Numbered from the stretch's first letter, positions 1-9,720 are shown. The stretch: 32,000 nt of DNA from Synechococcus sp. A15-24 (GCF_014280195.1 NZ_CP047960.1:300001-332000), one strand, 5' to 3'. Made by a program: numbers and translations. Notes: generated by a model not told the origin, from the sequence alone.

Positions 1-180
1 CGCTTCTTCTGGGGCGAAAAGGGACTGTTCAGCGCCCAGTACGCCGAAGAGAATCACTTCCTCTTCCCGTCCTTGCGCACCATCGTCGATTCGATCGGTG
101 AAGACACCTTGTTTGAGGGTCTCGATCTCGCTGCCGACGATTGGGAGGAGATGGAAGAGTACGAATACGCGTTCGTTTGA
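1..180 (+). CDS. 3' end of an unidentified protein gene (partial, runs off the left edge)
   Basis: Frame 1 is open from base 1 to TGA at 178-180. It gives RFFWGEKGLFSAQYAEENHFLFPSLRTIVDSIGEDTLFEGLDLAADDWEEMEEYEYAFV. Third positions are G/C-rich like the neighbouring genes. No family recognised. Confidence 0.5.
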   Translation, partial: RFFWGEKGLFSAQYAEENHFLFPSLRTIVDSIGEDTLFEGLDLAADDWEEMEEYEYAFV

Positions 181-181
181 A

Positions 182-751
182 TCAGGATCCTTTCAAGACC
201 CTCTTTAGAAACGTCAGCATCGGTTGCACCATCTCTTCAGGGATGGTGTGACCGTTGTCGAATGAGATGGTTTCACAGCGGTCGGATCGGAGCCGTTCAG
301 TGATGCCGTCCATGGCTGTTGCAGGGACGATCGTGTCCTGCCGGCCGTGCATCACCAGAACTGGCGGGTGTTCATCCGCTGGCTGCCAGTTTGGGTGGGG
401 ATAGCCACTGCAGGAGATCACACCCGCCAGGGGCAGGCTGCAACCGCTGCTAAGCGCCATGGCGCCCCCCTGGGAAAATCCGAGCAGCACCGTGAGTTCC
501 ATCGACGGCCCATGACGGGTGATTGCCTTCAGGCGCTCCTGAAGCGCCTCGACGGCTGCTGGGACGGCATCCCAGTCGGCGGGGAAAAGGCCATACCACT
601 GGCGGCCAGGGGGCTGGGGGTGGAGGTAGGGAGCCGCCAGCGCCACCACCTCCAGAGGAAGATTGATGGCGGCCGCGAGTGATCGTCCAAGGGGTTCCAG
701 ATCATCCGACGTGGCCCCCCAGCCGTGAAGCAACACCAGGCGGCTGTTCAT
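182..751 (-). CDS. alpha/beta-hydrolase, phospholipase/carboxylesterase-type esterase
   Basis: 189 aa. It has the LVLLHGWG N-terminal motif, a GFSQGG nucleophile elbow (GxSxG), and late Asp/His (MHGRQD ... NGHTIP) consistent with a Ser-Asp-His triad. Confidence 0.8.
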   Translation of the reverse strand: MNSRLVLLHGWGATSDDLEPLGRSLAAAINLPLEVVALAAPYLHPQPPGRQWYGLFPADWDAVPAAVEALQERLKAITRHGPSMELTVLLGFSQGGAMALSSGCSLPLAGVISCSGYPHPNWQPADEHPPVLVMHGRQDTIVPATAMDGITERLRSDRCETISFDNGHTIPEEMVQPMLTFLKRVLKGS

Positions 752-808
752 TCGATCCCCCGTAACCCTGCTGCGTAGTTTGGCTCAGGACCCAGTCGTC
801 ACGAATCC

Positions 809-2359
809 ATGGCTCCTTTTGCGCTGCTGAGCGTGTCCGATAAAAACGGCGTTGCGGCGCTGGCGGAGGCGTTGCATCGCACCCATGGTTATGCGCTTCT
901 GTCCAGTGGTGGGACCGCCAAGGTTCTGGAAGATGCCGGACTTCCGGTGACCCGTGTGTCCGAGCACACCGGCGCACCGGAGATTCTCGGCGGACGGGTG
1001 AAGACCCTGCATCCGAGGGTGCACGGCGGCATCCTCGCCAAACGCGGTGATGACTCCCATCAGGCTGATCTGGAGCAGCAGGGCATCCCCGCCATTGATC
1101 TCGTGGTGGTGAACCTGTACCCGTTCCGGGAAACGGTGGCCCGAGCGGAATTCACCTGGGATCAGGCGATCGAAAACATCGATATCGGAGGTCCGGCGAT
1201 GGTCCGGGCCGCTGCCAAAAATCATGCTGATGTGGCGGTGCTCACCAGCCCGGATCAGTACACATCTGTGCTGGCGGCCATGGCGGAATCGGCCGGTCGT
1301 GTGCCTGCGGACCTACGCCGCCGGCTGGCCCTCGAAGCGTTTCAGCACACCGCGGCCTACGACACCGCCATCAGCCGTTGGATGGCTGGCGAGGTTGAGC
1401 TTGAGAGCAGCCCCTGGCTGGAGGCAGTACCGCTTCGCCAGACCTTGCGTTATGGGGAGAACCCACACCAGAAGGCACGCTGGTTCAGCCATCCCCGTCA
1501 GGGATGGGGAGGAGCGATTCAGCTGCAGGGCAAGGAGCTCAGCACCAACAACCTGTTGGATCTGGAGGCAGCTCTGGCGACGGTTCGTGAGTTTGGTTAC
1601 GGCCCAAACGCCGTCGGCCCCGCCGCTGTGGTGGTGAAGCACACCAACCCCTGTGGTGTGGCCGTGGGACCGGTGGTGGCTTCCGCGCTGACGAGCGCGC
1701 TGGATGCGGATCGCGTCAGTGCGTTCGGCGGCATCGTGGCGATCAACGGAACCGTGGAGGCCGCCGCAGCCCGTGAGCTCACCGGGTTGTTCCTGGAATG
1801 CGTCGTGGCCCCATCCTTCTCCCCGGAAGCCAGGGAAATCCTGGCCGCCAAGGCCAATCTCCGGCTGCTGGAGCTGTCGCCGGATGCGATCGCTGCTGCT
1901 GGTCCAGATCACGTCCGCAGCATCCTCGGGGGACTGCTGGTGCAGGACCTCGATGATCAAGCGATGACCCCTGATCAGTGGACGGTGGCAACCAAGAGGC
2001 CTCCCACCGCTCAGGAGAAGCAGGATCTTGAGTTCGCCTGGCGCCTTGTGCGGCATGTGCGCTCCAACGCCATTGTTGTGGCAAGAGATGGTCAGAGCCT
2101 CGGGGTCGGCGCCGGTCAGATGAATCGCGTGGGCTCAGCGCGGATTGCCCTGGAGGCGGCAGCTGAGAAAGCCCAGGGAGCAGTGCTGGCCAGTGACGGA
2201 TTCTTTCCCTTCGATGACACCGTTCGCCTGGCGGCTAGCCATGGCATCACAGCCGTGATTCATCCCGGAGGCAGCCTTCGGGACGGGGAGTCGGTCAAGG
2301 CCTGCGATGAACTGGGTCTGGCCATGCTGCTCACCGGCCGCCGCCATTTTCTGCACTGA
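809..2359 (+). CDS. purH: bifunctional AICAR transformylase / IMP cyclohydrolase
   Basis: 516 aa. N-terminal MGS-like domain ([10 protein letters not shown]..., [12 protein letters not shown]) and AICARFT domain ([28 protein letters not shown]). Length is typical of PurH. Confidence 0.97.
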   Translation: MAPFALLSVSDKNGVAALAEALHRTHGYALLSSGGTAKVLEDAGLPVTRVSEHTGAPEILGGRVKTLHPRVHGGILAKRGDDSHQADLEQQGIPAIDLVVVNLYPFRETVARAEFTWDQAIENIDIGGPAMVRAAAKNHADVAVLTSPDQYTSVLAAMAESAGRVPADLRRRLALEAFQHTAAYDTAISRWMAGEVELESSPWLEAVPLRQTLRYGENPHQKARWFSHPRQGWGGAIQLQGKELSTNNLLDLEAALATVREFGYGPNAVGPAAVVVKHTNPCGVAVGPVVASALTSALDADRVSAFGGIVAINGTVEAAAARELTGLFLECVVAPSFSPEAREILAAKANLRLLELSPDAIAAAGPDHVRSILGGLLVQDLDDQAMTPDQWTVATKRPPTAQEKQDLEFAWRLVRHVRSNAIVVARDGQSLGVGAGQMNRVGSARIALEAAAEKAQGAVLASDGFFPFDDTVRLAASHGITAVIHPGGSLRDGESVKACDELGLAMLLTGRRHFLH

Positions 2360-2412
2360 GGCGGACTGGGCCCGTCGACCCCTAGCCTCGTTTCCACAAC
2401 GAGTCACGTCCG

Positions 2413-2871
2413 ATGCTGGCCACCCTGCCTTTCAGCCTGAATTTCGTGCACCCCCTCACCGAATGGGGCCTGTTGGCCATGGGTGGCTGGGCGCTTTACC
2501 TGGGAATCAAGGCGAAGAAAACCCGCACCGGGACGCCAGAGCAGCGCAAAGAACTGGTCAAGGGGAAATTCGCTCTGCGCCACTACCTCTGGGGAAGCAT
2601 CCTGCTGGCGGTGATGACCGTTGGCACCCTTGGCGGCATGGCCGTGACCTATCTGAACAACGGCAAGTTGTTCGTCGGACCTCACCTGCTGGTGGGTCTG
2701 GCCATGACGGGGATGATCGCCGTAGCGGCTTCTCTGTCCCCGCTGATGCAACGGGGCAACATGATCGCGCGCAAGGCCCATGTCGGCTTGAACATGGGCA
2801 CGCTCACCCTGTTTCTCTGGCAGGCGGTCAGCGGCATGGAGATCGTCAACAAGATCTGGGCTAACCGCTGA
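2413..2871 (+). CDS. small polytopic membrane protein (resembles cyanobacterial DUF4079 family, from memory)
   Basis: 152 aa with about four hydrophobic helices (WGLLAMGGWALYLGI, LWGSILLAVMTVGTLGGMAV, LLVGLAMTGMIAVAA, LNMGTLTLFLWQAV). Coding-like GC3. The family name was not verifiable here. Confidence 0.7.
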   Translation: MLATLPFSLNFVHPLTEWGLLAMGGWALYLGIKAKKTRTGTPEQRKELVKGKFALRHYLWGSILLAVMTVGTLGGMAVTYLNNGKLFVGPHLLVGLAMTGMIAVAASLSPLMQRGNMIARKAHVGLNMGTLTLFLWQAVSGMEIVNKIWANR

Positions 2872-2879
2872 TCTTGGCG

Positions 2880-3542
2880 TCAGAACGCTGCCCGTCGACG
2901 AGGCGGGCAGTTGAGCCCATAGCTGGCGTGAAAGTCCTCCTGAACCTTCCAGGTCAGCCGTCTTGAAATCTGACGGACGATCTGGCGCAGCAGGTGATCG
3001 CCACTGGATTGCACCAGTTGTTCCGGAAGCATGGTGATCACCTTCGGGAGTCGTATCCAGACGCTGAGATCGAGATCCCAGTTCACGGATGTCGTCGATT
3101 CCTGGTCGATCAACTGCATGGACGCTTGAAAGTCCACGTCGTAGTGGTCGCGTAAGTCGAGCGACTGCGGAACGGTCCGAACGGTTTCGATGCGATACAG
3201 CTGTTCATCCTCTGGCAGCAGACGCAGCGCGATGGTCGGCTCCACCTCAAAACCGAAGTTGCCGAAGCGTCCGAGCGTCAGCGCATAGGACTGGTGGTCA
3301 AGCGCCGAAACCTGCATCGGTTTGGCACAGCGCTCGAACCAACTCTGGTGACCATTCAGATAAGACACGACCTGCCTGGTGGGCGCCAGCATCTCCATCT
3401 GATCGGAGAAGCCGCTGCGGTAGCAACGCACCTGCGGGTCCGAACCATGGAGCAGGTTGTCGGGATCAGAGCGCGACAAGAGCAGCACAGAGCGGGACTG
3501 AGACGGTTCAGGAGTTGTGAACCAATGTAAAGCTGAGGGCAA
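2880..3542 (-). CDS. conserved hypothetical protein (possibly DUF1997-like); start uncertain
   Basis: 220-aa ORF with balanced composition. The track start is a TTG directly abutting the ispH stop, and the real start may be internal. Family assignment is from memory only. Confidence 0.6.
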   Translation of the reverse strand: MPSALHWFTTPEPSQSRSVLLLSRSDPDNLLHGSDPQVRCYRSGFSDQMEMLAPTRQVVSYLNGHQSWFERCAKPMQVSALDHQSYALTLGRFGNFGFEVEPTIALRLLPEDEQLYRIETVRTVPQSLDLRDHYDVDFQASMQLIDQESTTSVNWDLDLSVWIRLPKVITMLPEQLVQSSGDHLLRQIVRQISRRLTWKVQEDFHASYGLNCPPRRRAAF

Positions 3543-4742
3543 TCAGCTCTCGCTGAGCAGCATCAGTTTCTCGATCACTTCTTCCACGGCCCGATCCGGT
3601 GTCGAGGCGCCGGAGGTGATGCCAACGGTGACTGGTCCAGCCGGCAGAAAGTTGCTTTCGCGTCGCAGGTTTTCGTTGAGTGGGTTGTGTTCAATGGCAT
3701 TGGCCTGGGCATCGAGACGATCCGGCGTGTCGATGTGAAAGGAGCGGATGCCGCGGCTCACCGCGATCTCCTGCAGGTGCGTGGTGTTGGAGGAGTTGAA
3801 GCCGCCGATCACTACCATCAGATCAAGCGGTTCGTCCACGAGGGAGAACATGGCGTCCTGACGCTCCTGGGTGGCATCGCAGATGGTGTTGAAAGCCACG
3901 AAGTGATCGTTGAGCTCAGCTGGGCCGTACTTGCTCAGCATCGTGCGTTCGAACAGGCGTCCGATCTCTTCGGTTTCGCTTTTGAGCATCGTGGTCTGGT
4001 TGGCCACGCCCAGGCGTGAGAGATCACGGTCCGGGTCAAAGCCAGGGGAGCAGGCGGCGGAGAAGCGCTGCATGAAGGCGTCACGGTCGCCCTTGCCCAG
4101 GATGTAATCCGCCACGATCTGGGCTTCCTCCATGTCCAGAACCACCAGGTAAGTCCCAGCAAAGGAGCTGGTGGCGAGGGTCTCCTCGTGCTTCACCTTG
4201 CCGTGGATGATCGAGGTGATCGTGTGCTTCTTGTGCTTCTCCACCGTGGTCCACACCTTGGAAACCCAGGGGCATGTGGTGTCCACGATGTGGCAGCCCC
4301 GTTCGTTGAGCAGCTGCATCTCCTGAACGGTGGCGCCGAAGGCGGGAAGGATCACCACATCACCGGAGGTGACGCCGGAAAAATCCTTGACGCCTTGTTC
4401 AACAGGGATGAACTGAACATCCATCTCGCGCAGATGGTCGTTCACCGAAGGGTTGTGGATGATCTCATTGGTGATCCACAGGCGCTCGGCGGGGTAGTGC
4501 TTGCGGGTCTCGTAGGCCATGGCCACGGCCCGCTCCACCCCCCAGCAGAACCCGAAGGCCTCGGCCAGGCGAACCGTGAGCCGGCCATGGCTGAGTTTGT
4601 AGCCGTTATCCCGGATCGTGCCGATCAGGCCGCTCTGGTAGGCCTGTTCCAGGCTCTCGGCCACTTCCTCGGCCCGTCCGAAGCCCCGCCGGTTGTAGCG
4701 CTCTGAATGGTGGAGGGAGCGCTTGAAGGCGTGGGTGTCCAT
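3543..4742 (-). CDS. ispH: 4-hydroxy-3-methylbut-2-enyl diphosphate reductase (LytB)
   Basis: 399 aa with the three conserved Fe-S cysteine contexts of IspH: [35 protein letters not shown]. Confidence 0.97.
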   Translation of the reverse strand: MDTHAFKRSLHHSERYNRRGFGRAEEVAESLEQAYQSGLIGTIRDNGYKLSHGRLTVRLAEAFGFCWGVERAVAMAYETRKHYPAERLWITNEIIHNPSVNDHLREMDVQFIPVEQGVKDFSGVTSGDVVILPAFGATVQEMQLLNERGCHIVDTTCPWVSKVWTTVEKHKKHTITSIIHGKVKHEETLATSSFAGTYLVVLDMEEAQIVADYILGKGDRDAFMQRFSAACSPGFDPDRDLSRLGVANQTTMLKSETEEIGRLFERTMLSKYGPAELNDHFVAFNTICDATQERQDAMFSLVDEPLDLMVVIGGFNSSNTTHLQEIAVSRGIRSFHIDTPDRLDAQANAIEHNPLNENLRRESNFLPAGPVTVGITSGASTPDRAVEEVIEKLMLLSES

Positions 4743-4797
4743 AACGGGCGCTGCAGTGTGATGACTCTATGGGGCGTGCTGCGATCAGCAGGCCATC

Positions 4798-4823
4798 AAA
4801 AAGCCCGGCCCTGAGGGCCGGGC
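4798..4823 (-). terminator. intrinsic terminator downstream of amt1
   Basis: On the minus strand, the GC stem GCCCGGCC / GGCCGGGC with a 4-5 nt loop is followed by TTTTT (plus strand aaaaagcccggccctgagggccgggc). It lies 24 nt after the amt1 stop. Confidence 0.7.
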
Positions 4824-4846
4824 AGTGAACTGAACCCTGAAAGGGA

Positions 4847-6319
4847 TCAGTTGTTGGTGGTGGAGAAGCCGGCGTAGGCCTCCATGCCGTGCTCGCCGAT
4901 GTCCAGACCTTCGGTCTCCTCCTGCTCGGAGACGCGGATGCCACCGAAGAGAGCACCGATGATCTGCCATGCGATGAAGCAGGTCACAACGGTCCAGATG
5001 GCATAAGCAGCGGTACCCAAAGCTTGGATGCCGAGCTGTTCAACACCACCGCCGACCAGAAGGCCGAGGGGGGAACCATCACCCTGAACGTCGAAACCCC
5101 AAAGGCCTATCACCAGGGTGCCCCACACGCCGCAGACGCCATGGACGGAGAAGGCGCCGACGGGATCGTCAATGCCCGCAGCGTCCAAAGCCGCCACCGA
5201 GAAGACCACGATGATGCCGCCCACCAAGCCGGCGAACCAGGACCCGGCAAGAGTGAGGTTGCCGCAGCCGGCGGTCACGCTCACCAGACCGGCCAGGATG
5301 CCGTTGATGATCATGGTGAGGTCAGGCTTCTTGGAGGAGATCGTGGAGATCACCGTGGCGCCGATGGCACCGCCGGCAGCGCCGAGGGTGGTGGTCACAG
5401 CCACGTAGGGGACCCACTGGTCCATGGCCAGTTGGGAGCCGGGGTTGAAGCCGTACCAACCGATCCAGAGGATCAGCGCGCCGAGCGTGGCGATGGACAT
5501 GTTGTGGCCAGGGATGGCCTGCACTTTTCCGCCGACGTATTTACCGATGCGGGGTCCAAGCAGTGCAGCACCGACAAGGCCAGCCCAGGCACCGACGGAG
5601 TGCACGATTGAAGAACCGGCGAAGTCGATGAATTCCTTGTTGCCGACGCTGTTGAGCCAGCCTCCGTTCCATTCCCAGGCACCGGCGATCGGGTAGATCA
5701 CAGCTGTCAGCACCAGGGCGAAGATCACGAATTCACCGAACTTGATCCGCTCAGCCACAAGACCGGAAACGATCGTGGCTGCGGTTCCGGCGAAGGCGGC
5801 CTGGAACAGGAAATCAACGGTGGGGACCAGGCCGGCATCGCTGATGGTTTCAGCCGTGACGGTGGGGTCAAAGAAGAATCCGGCGAAGTACAGCCAGCCC
5901 TCAATGGCGGCGTCGCCGTACATAAAGGAGTAGCCCACGAACCAGTAGGCCGTCACCGCCAGGGCGAACACAAATAGGTTCTTGGCCAGGATGTTGACAG
6001 CGTTTTTCTGACGGCACATGCCGGCTTCCACCATGGCGAAGCCGGCGTTCATGAAGATCACCAGGATGGTTGCTACCAGCAGCCAGAGGTTGTTGGCGAG
6101 GAAGGCTGCGTTGAGATCCGGCAGCTCTTCGGCTTTGGCTGAAAGAGTGAAAATGCCCAAGCCCATCAGCGCCAGAGGGGCGCAGGCGAGCCAGGTCATG
6201 GCGCGGTTGGAGCTGAAGCCACGGATGCTCTTAAGCAGCATCAAAGGGCCTTCCAGGAGGCTGGCCTCCTGAAGTGTTTTGCGACGCCTTTGGGGCGGCG
6301 CTTGGAACGCAGTTGTCAT
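4847..6319 (-). CDS. amt1: ammonium transporter (Amt/MEP family)
   Basis: Amt signatures are present: FMNAGFAMVEAG, DFAGSSIVHSVGAWAGL, VHGVCGVWGTL. The track ORF begins at GTG 6397, but a promoter-like NtcA box sits at 6405-6418, so I use ATG 6319 (MTTAFQAPP..., 490 aa). ATG 6241 (MLLKSIRG...) and ATG 6199 (MTWLACAP...) remain possible. A signal-peptide-like segment ends ...LSAKA/EE. Confidence 0.88.
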   Translation of the reverse strand: MTTAFQAPPQRRRKTLQEASLLEGPLMLLKSIRGFSSNRAMTWLACAPLALMGLGIFTLSAKAEELPDLNAAFLANNLWLLVATILVIFMNAGFAMVEAGMCRQKNAVNILAKNLFVFALAVTAYWFVGYSFMYGDAAIEGWLYFAGFFFDPTVTAETISDAGLVPTVDFLFQAAFAGTAATIVSGLVAERIKFGEFVIFALVLTAVIYPIAGAWEWNGGWLNSVGNKEFIDFAGSSIVHSVGAWAGLVGAALLGPRIGKYVGGKVQAIPGHNMSIATLGALILWIGWYGFNPGSQLAMDQWVPYVAVTTTLGAAGGAIGATVISTISSKKPDLTMIINGILAGLVSVTAGCGNLTLAGSWFAGLVGGIIVVFSVAALDAAGIDDPVGAFSVHGVCGVWGTLVIGLWGFDVQGDGSPLGLLVGGGVEQLGIQALGTAAYAIWTVVTCFIAWQIIGALFGGIRVSEQEETEGLDIGEHGMEAYAGFSTTNN

Positions 6320-6404
6320 AAATGAGAGAGCAGAGCTGCTGGTCTCGCCGGAGGGCGTATCCGGCTGAACGCACCCAAGTTGCATTGCAGGCTGCACCTC
6401 AAGT

Positions 6405-6418
6405 GTTCTTCTTGATAC
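6405..6418 (-). promoter_or_regulatory. imperfect NtcA-type box (GTA-N8-AAC) upstream of amt1
   Basis: The minus strand reads GTATCAAGAAGAAC, against the consensus GTA-N8-TAC. The hexamer 22 nt downstream is CAACTT, which is only a partial TAN3T. Confidence 0.4.
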
Positions 6419-6424
6419 AAAATC

Positions 6425-7189
6425 TCAAACTGGTCTCAAGGGTCTGACCCCTTCCCAGCGAATTCCATCCGCCTGGAAGCGGAAGCAGCAGGGCAGCACC
6501 TCCACGCTGGCTTTGATTGCCTGGCGGAACAGCTCTCCATAGCGCGGATCCGCGCTGTCCCCTGGCGCGAACTCCGTCACATCCGGACGACTCAGACAGG
6601 GAACCAACACCGCTCTGGCATCCGGAAGAACACCCATCAGCTCCACTAGGTGCTTCTGGCCACGTTCAGTCACCGTGTCAGGAAATAATGCTGTGGGACC
6701 ATCGGTCCAGGTGGTGTTTTTCACCTCGAGATAAATCGGCCGCTGATCCGGATTGGAGTCGGCCGGTGTGAGCAGCAGATCAATCCGGCTGCGTTTGTTG
6801 GCTCCGTAGGCCACTTCGGCGCGGATACTGGCGATGGCTCCCAGCTGAGCGGCCAGGCAGCCGGCTTCGATAGTGGCCCGGATCAAACGGTTGGGCAGCG
6901 CCGTGTTGATGCCCACCCAGCAGGGGGCACCGTCCGCTCCTGGCACCTCGGCTTGCTCCCAGGTCCAAGCCAGCTTGCGCTTGGGTGAGGGGGCATGGCG
7001 CAGTCGCACCCGCTGGCCTGGGATCAACACCCCAGTCATCGGGCCCGTGTTGGCGCAGTGGGCGGTGATCACCTCTCCGCTGCTGAGTTCCACATCCGCC
7101 AGAAAACGCTTGTAACGCTTGATCAGAACGCCTTCTTCAAGCGCTTCAAAGCTGAGCAGGGCATCGCCGGGGGTCGTGCAGCCGGTCAT
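6425..7189 (-). CDS. sfsA: sugar fermentation stimulation protein homologue (SfsA family)
   Basis: 254 aa. The N-terminus GVLIKRYKRFLADVEL...ITAHCANTGPMTG is typical of SfsA. Confidence 0.9.
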   Translation of the reverse strand: MTGCTTPGDALLSFEALEEGVLIKRYKRFLADVELSSGEVITAHCANTGPMTGVLIPGQRVRLRHAPSPKRKLAWTWEQAEVPGADGAPCWVGINTALPNRLIRATIEAGCLAAQLGAIASIRAEVAYGANKRSRIDLLLTPADSNPDQRPIYLEVKNTTWTDGPTALFPDTVTERGQKHLVELMGVLPDARAVLVPCLSRPDVTEFAPGDSADPRYGELFRQAIKASVEVLPCCFRFQADGIRWEGVRPLRPV

Positions 7190-7258
7190 GGCTCTAGCCA
7201 GGGTGTGCCCATGGTCTCCTGTGCTCCCACCACAATGCGGCCATCATCTGGGGATCGA

Positions 7259-8866
7259 ATGGTGCGTTCACTCAAGGGCATCGCCCTGGTGGTGACCCTT
7301 GGCACGCTGCTCAGCAAGGTGGGAGGCCTAGTGCGGCAGCTGGTCATTGCTGCAGCCTTCGGCGTGGGCGCTGCCTATGACGCGTACAACTATGCCTATG
7401 TGCTGCCTGGATTTCTGTTGATCCTGCTGGGGGGAATCAACGGCCCCTTTCACAGCGCCATGGTCAGCGTGCTGAGCCGTCGTCCGCGAGCTGAAGGAGC
7501 TCACATCCTGGCGGCCTTGAACACCAGCGTGAGTGCCTTGCTCCTGCTTGTCACGCTGCTCCTGGTGCTGGCGGCTGATCCCTTGATCACGCTGGTGGGT
7601 CCAGGGTTGAGCCCGGAGCTGCATGCCATCGCCACTGTGCAGTTGCAGGTGATGGCGCCGATGGCCCTGTTGGCCGGTCTGATCGGCCTCGGCTTCGGCT
7701 CACTCAATGCCGCCGATGAGTTCTGGATCCCGGCGATTTCACCGTTGATGTCCAGTGCTGCGCTGGTGGTTGGGGTTGGGCTGCTCTGGTGGCAGTTGGG
7801 CAGCGGGATCACCTTGCCGTTTGCTGCCATGAGCGGTGGCGTGGTGCTGGCGCTGGCCACGCTTGTGGGGGCCTTGCTGCAGTGGCTGATTCAGCTGCCG
7901 GCCTTGATCCGTCAGGGTCTGGCGCGGTTTCAACTGGTGTGGGATTGGCGCCATCCCGGCGTGCGGGAGGTGTGGCAGGTGATGGGGCCAGCAACGTTGT
8001 CCTCCGGGATGCTGCAGATCAATGTGTTCACGGATCTGTTCTTCGCCTCTGGGATCGCAGGTGCTGCAGCGGGTCTGGGTTACGCCAATCTGCTGGTGCA
8101 GACGCCGCTGGGGCTGATTTCCAATGCCCTGCTGGTGCCCCTGCTGCCGACCTTTGCCCGTCTCACGGCCCGTGAGGATCGCCCCGAGCTGGTAGAGCGC
8201 ATTCGCCAGGGACTGATGCTGTCAACGGCGTCAATGATTCCTCTGGGTGGGCTGTTCATCGCCCTGGGGGCGCCGATCGTGGCGCTCGTGTACGAACGCG
8301 GCGCGTTCGATGCTGCCGCGGCGCAGCTGGTCACCGGGCTGTTGATGGCCTACGGCCTCGGGATGCCGGTTTATCTCGGCCGGGACGTGCTGGTGCGGGT
8401 GTTCTATGCCCTTGGTGATGGCACCACACCGTTTCGGTTTTCGTTGGCGGGGATCGGCCTCAACGTGATCTTGGACTGGTTGCTGGTGGGTGGACCAACG
8501 CCGTGGGGCAATCAGTCGCCCATCAATTTCGGGGCGCCTGGACTGGTTCTGGCCACCGTGGCGATCAATGCACTCACATGCCTGGGTCTGCTCCTGGCCC
8601 TGCGCCAACGCCTCCAGGGACTGCCGCTGCGCCGGTGGGGACGTGATGCGTCATGTCTGAACCTTGCGGGTTGGATGGCGGCGGCTGTGGCCTGGGCCCT
8701 GCAGAGTTGGTTCAGCTGGCCGCAGGGACCGGTCGGTCTTGGGCTGCAGATCGCTTTGCCAGGCTTGCTTGGACTGCTTGTGTACGGCCTGGTGGCAATA
8801 GCCTTCGGCATCGCCGAGGTTCAGGACATCGCAGCGGTGGTTGGGCGCAGGCTCAGGCGTCGATGA
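7259..8866 (+). CDS. murJ: lipid II flippase MurJ/MviN
   Basis: Polytopic membrane protein with the MurJ-like N-terminus MVRSLKGIALVVTLGTLLSKVGGLVRQLVIAAAFGVGAAYDAYNYAYVLP. The track ORF (6995) would overlap sfsA by about 195 nt, so ATG 7259 is chosen (535 aa). ATG 7211 is an alternative. Confidence 0.9.
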   Translation: MVRSLKGIALVVTLGTLLSKVGGLVRQLVIAAAFGVGAAYDAYNYAYVLPGFLLILLGGINGPFHSAMVSVLSRRPRAEGAHILAALNTSVSALLLLVTLLLVLAADPLITLVGPGLSPELHAIATVQLQVMAPMALLAGLIGLGFGSLNAADEFWIPAISPLMSSAALVVGVGLLWWQLGSGITLPFAAMSGGVVLALATLVGALLQWLIQLPALIRQGLARFQLVWDWRHPGVREVWQVMGPATLSSGMLQINVFTDLFFASGIAGAAAGLGYANLLVQTPLGLISNALLVPLLPTFARLTAREDRPELVERIRQGLMLSTASMIPLGGLFIALGAPIVALVYERGAFDAAAAQLVTGLLMAYGLGMPVYLGRDVLVRVFYALGDGTTPFRFSLAGIGLNVILDWLLVGGPTPWGNQSPINFGAPGLVLATVAINALTCLGLLLALRQRLQGLPLRRWGRDASCLNLAGWMAAAVAWALQSWFSWPQGPVGLGLQIALPGLLGLLVYGLVAIAFGIAEVQDIAAVVGRRLRRR

Positions 8867-9140
8867 GTCGTACGTCCCGCTCTTCGCGCACCTGAATCGG
8901 CAGTTCGAGCTGTTGGCGTCCCACCAGCTGAGGGCCCTGCACCGACACAATTCGCGCTTCGATGCCGAACTCCTTGAAGGCCGTATCCAACTCCTGAATC
9001 AGCGCCTTCTCCACCTGTGCTTCCGGGTCCACCACCCGACCGATCAAACGTTCCCCCAGCCGGCCGATGCGCTGACGCACCACCTCGCGTGCGTTGGTGA
9101 CTTCGATGATCAGCACACCATCGCCCTCGGATGGCCGCAA
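8853..9140 (-). CDS. small conserved-looking hypothetical protein (soluble, about 87-95 aa)
   Basis: Balanced charged/hydrophobic composition (VLIIEVTNAREVVRQRIGRLGERLIGRVVDPEAQVEKALIQELDTAFKEFG...). The track start is TTG 9140. An in-frame GTG at 9116 is preceded by GAGGG about 7 nt upstream. The 3' end overlaps murJ by 14 nt. Confidence 0.55.
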   Translation of the reverse strand: MRPSEGDGVLIIEVTNAREVVRQRIGRLGERLIGRVVDPEAQVEKALIQELDTAFKEFGIEARIVSVQGPQLVGRQQLELPIQVREERDVRLIDA

Positions 9141-9142
9141 CC

Positions 9143-9448
9143 TTATCGGCAGTAGGGCTCCAGGATCTCCTCGAGTTCACGAAGCTGTGCCGGAGGCATC
9201 AGGCGCGAGAGCGGCAGCTTGCTGGCTCCACCAGCCACGGGAACTGTCACTGCCTCCAGAGACTTTCTCGCGGCCACCGAGGCCCCCTGGTCAATCAGGG
9301 CACTGCACTCAATGGCGAGAGGCTGGGCCAGATCTGCATCACCGAGATACAGATGCCAGCCGGAAACCTGGATGTAGAGGCGATCAGCCAGGGTGGATTG
9401 CAGCTCCTGCAGGTCGGCAGCGGGGAGAGACATCTGCGGTGATGGCAT
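9143..9448 (-). CDS. small conserved-looking hypothetical protein (about 96-101 aa)
   Basis: ORF with coding-like composition (LADRLYIQVSGWHLYLGDADLAQPLAIECSALIDQG...). It is packed tightly between two same-strand small ORFs. Alternative ATG at 9433. Confidence 0.6.
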   Translation of the reverse strand: MPSPQMSLPAADLQELQSTLADRLYIQVSGWHLYLGDADLAQPLAIECSALIDQGASVAARKSLEAVTVPVAGGASKLPLSRLMPPAQLRELEEILEPYCR

Positions 9449-9465
9449 CTCCGCCCATGCTGCCG

Positions 9466-9720
9466 TTATTCCGCTGGTTCAATAGGTCCTGGGCGCTGGA
9501 CCAGCACAGCGATAAACTGAACGAGCAGCACACCGAACCAGATCCCGGTGATCCAGGGCAGCCGATCGGCGGGAAACGGCTGACGCATCTCCTGCACGAA
9601 CCAGGCACCGCTGTTCACGGCCGCAAAGACACCTGCGTGCAAACAGAGATTCACGATCCGCTCGAAATGGCGGTACGTCGGATCGGTTGGGTCAGCAGGG
9701 CCGTACCAGCGGATCGGCAT
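9466..9720 (-). CDS. small membrane protein with two predicted TM helices
   Basis: 84 aa. Hydrophobic segments are IVNLCLHAGVFAAVNSGAWFV and WITGIWFGVLLVQFIAVLV. It is first in the same-strand string 9720->8853. Confidence 0.55.
   Translation of the reverse strand: MPIRWYGPADPTDPTYRHFERIVNLCLHAGVFAAVNSGAWFVQEMRQPFPADRLPWITGIWFGVLLVQFIAVLVQRPGPIEPAE

Noticed and set aside
6995-7258. 5' extension of murJ (623-aa version).
   Set aside because: It would overlap the sfsA coding region by about 195 nt on the opposite strand. The extension is Gly/Ala/His-rich, and MurJ-like sequence starts at MVRSLKG (7259).
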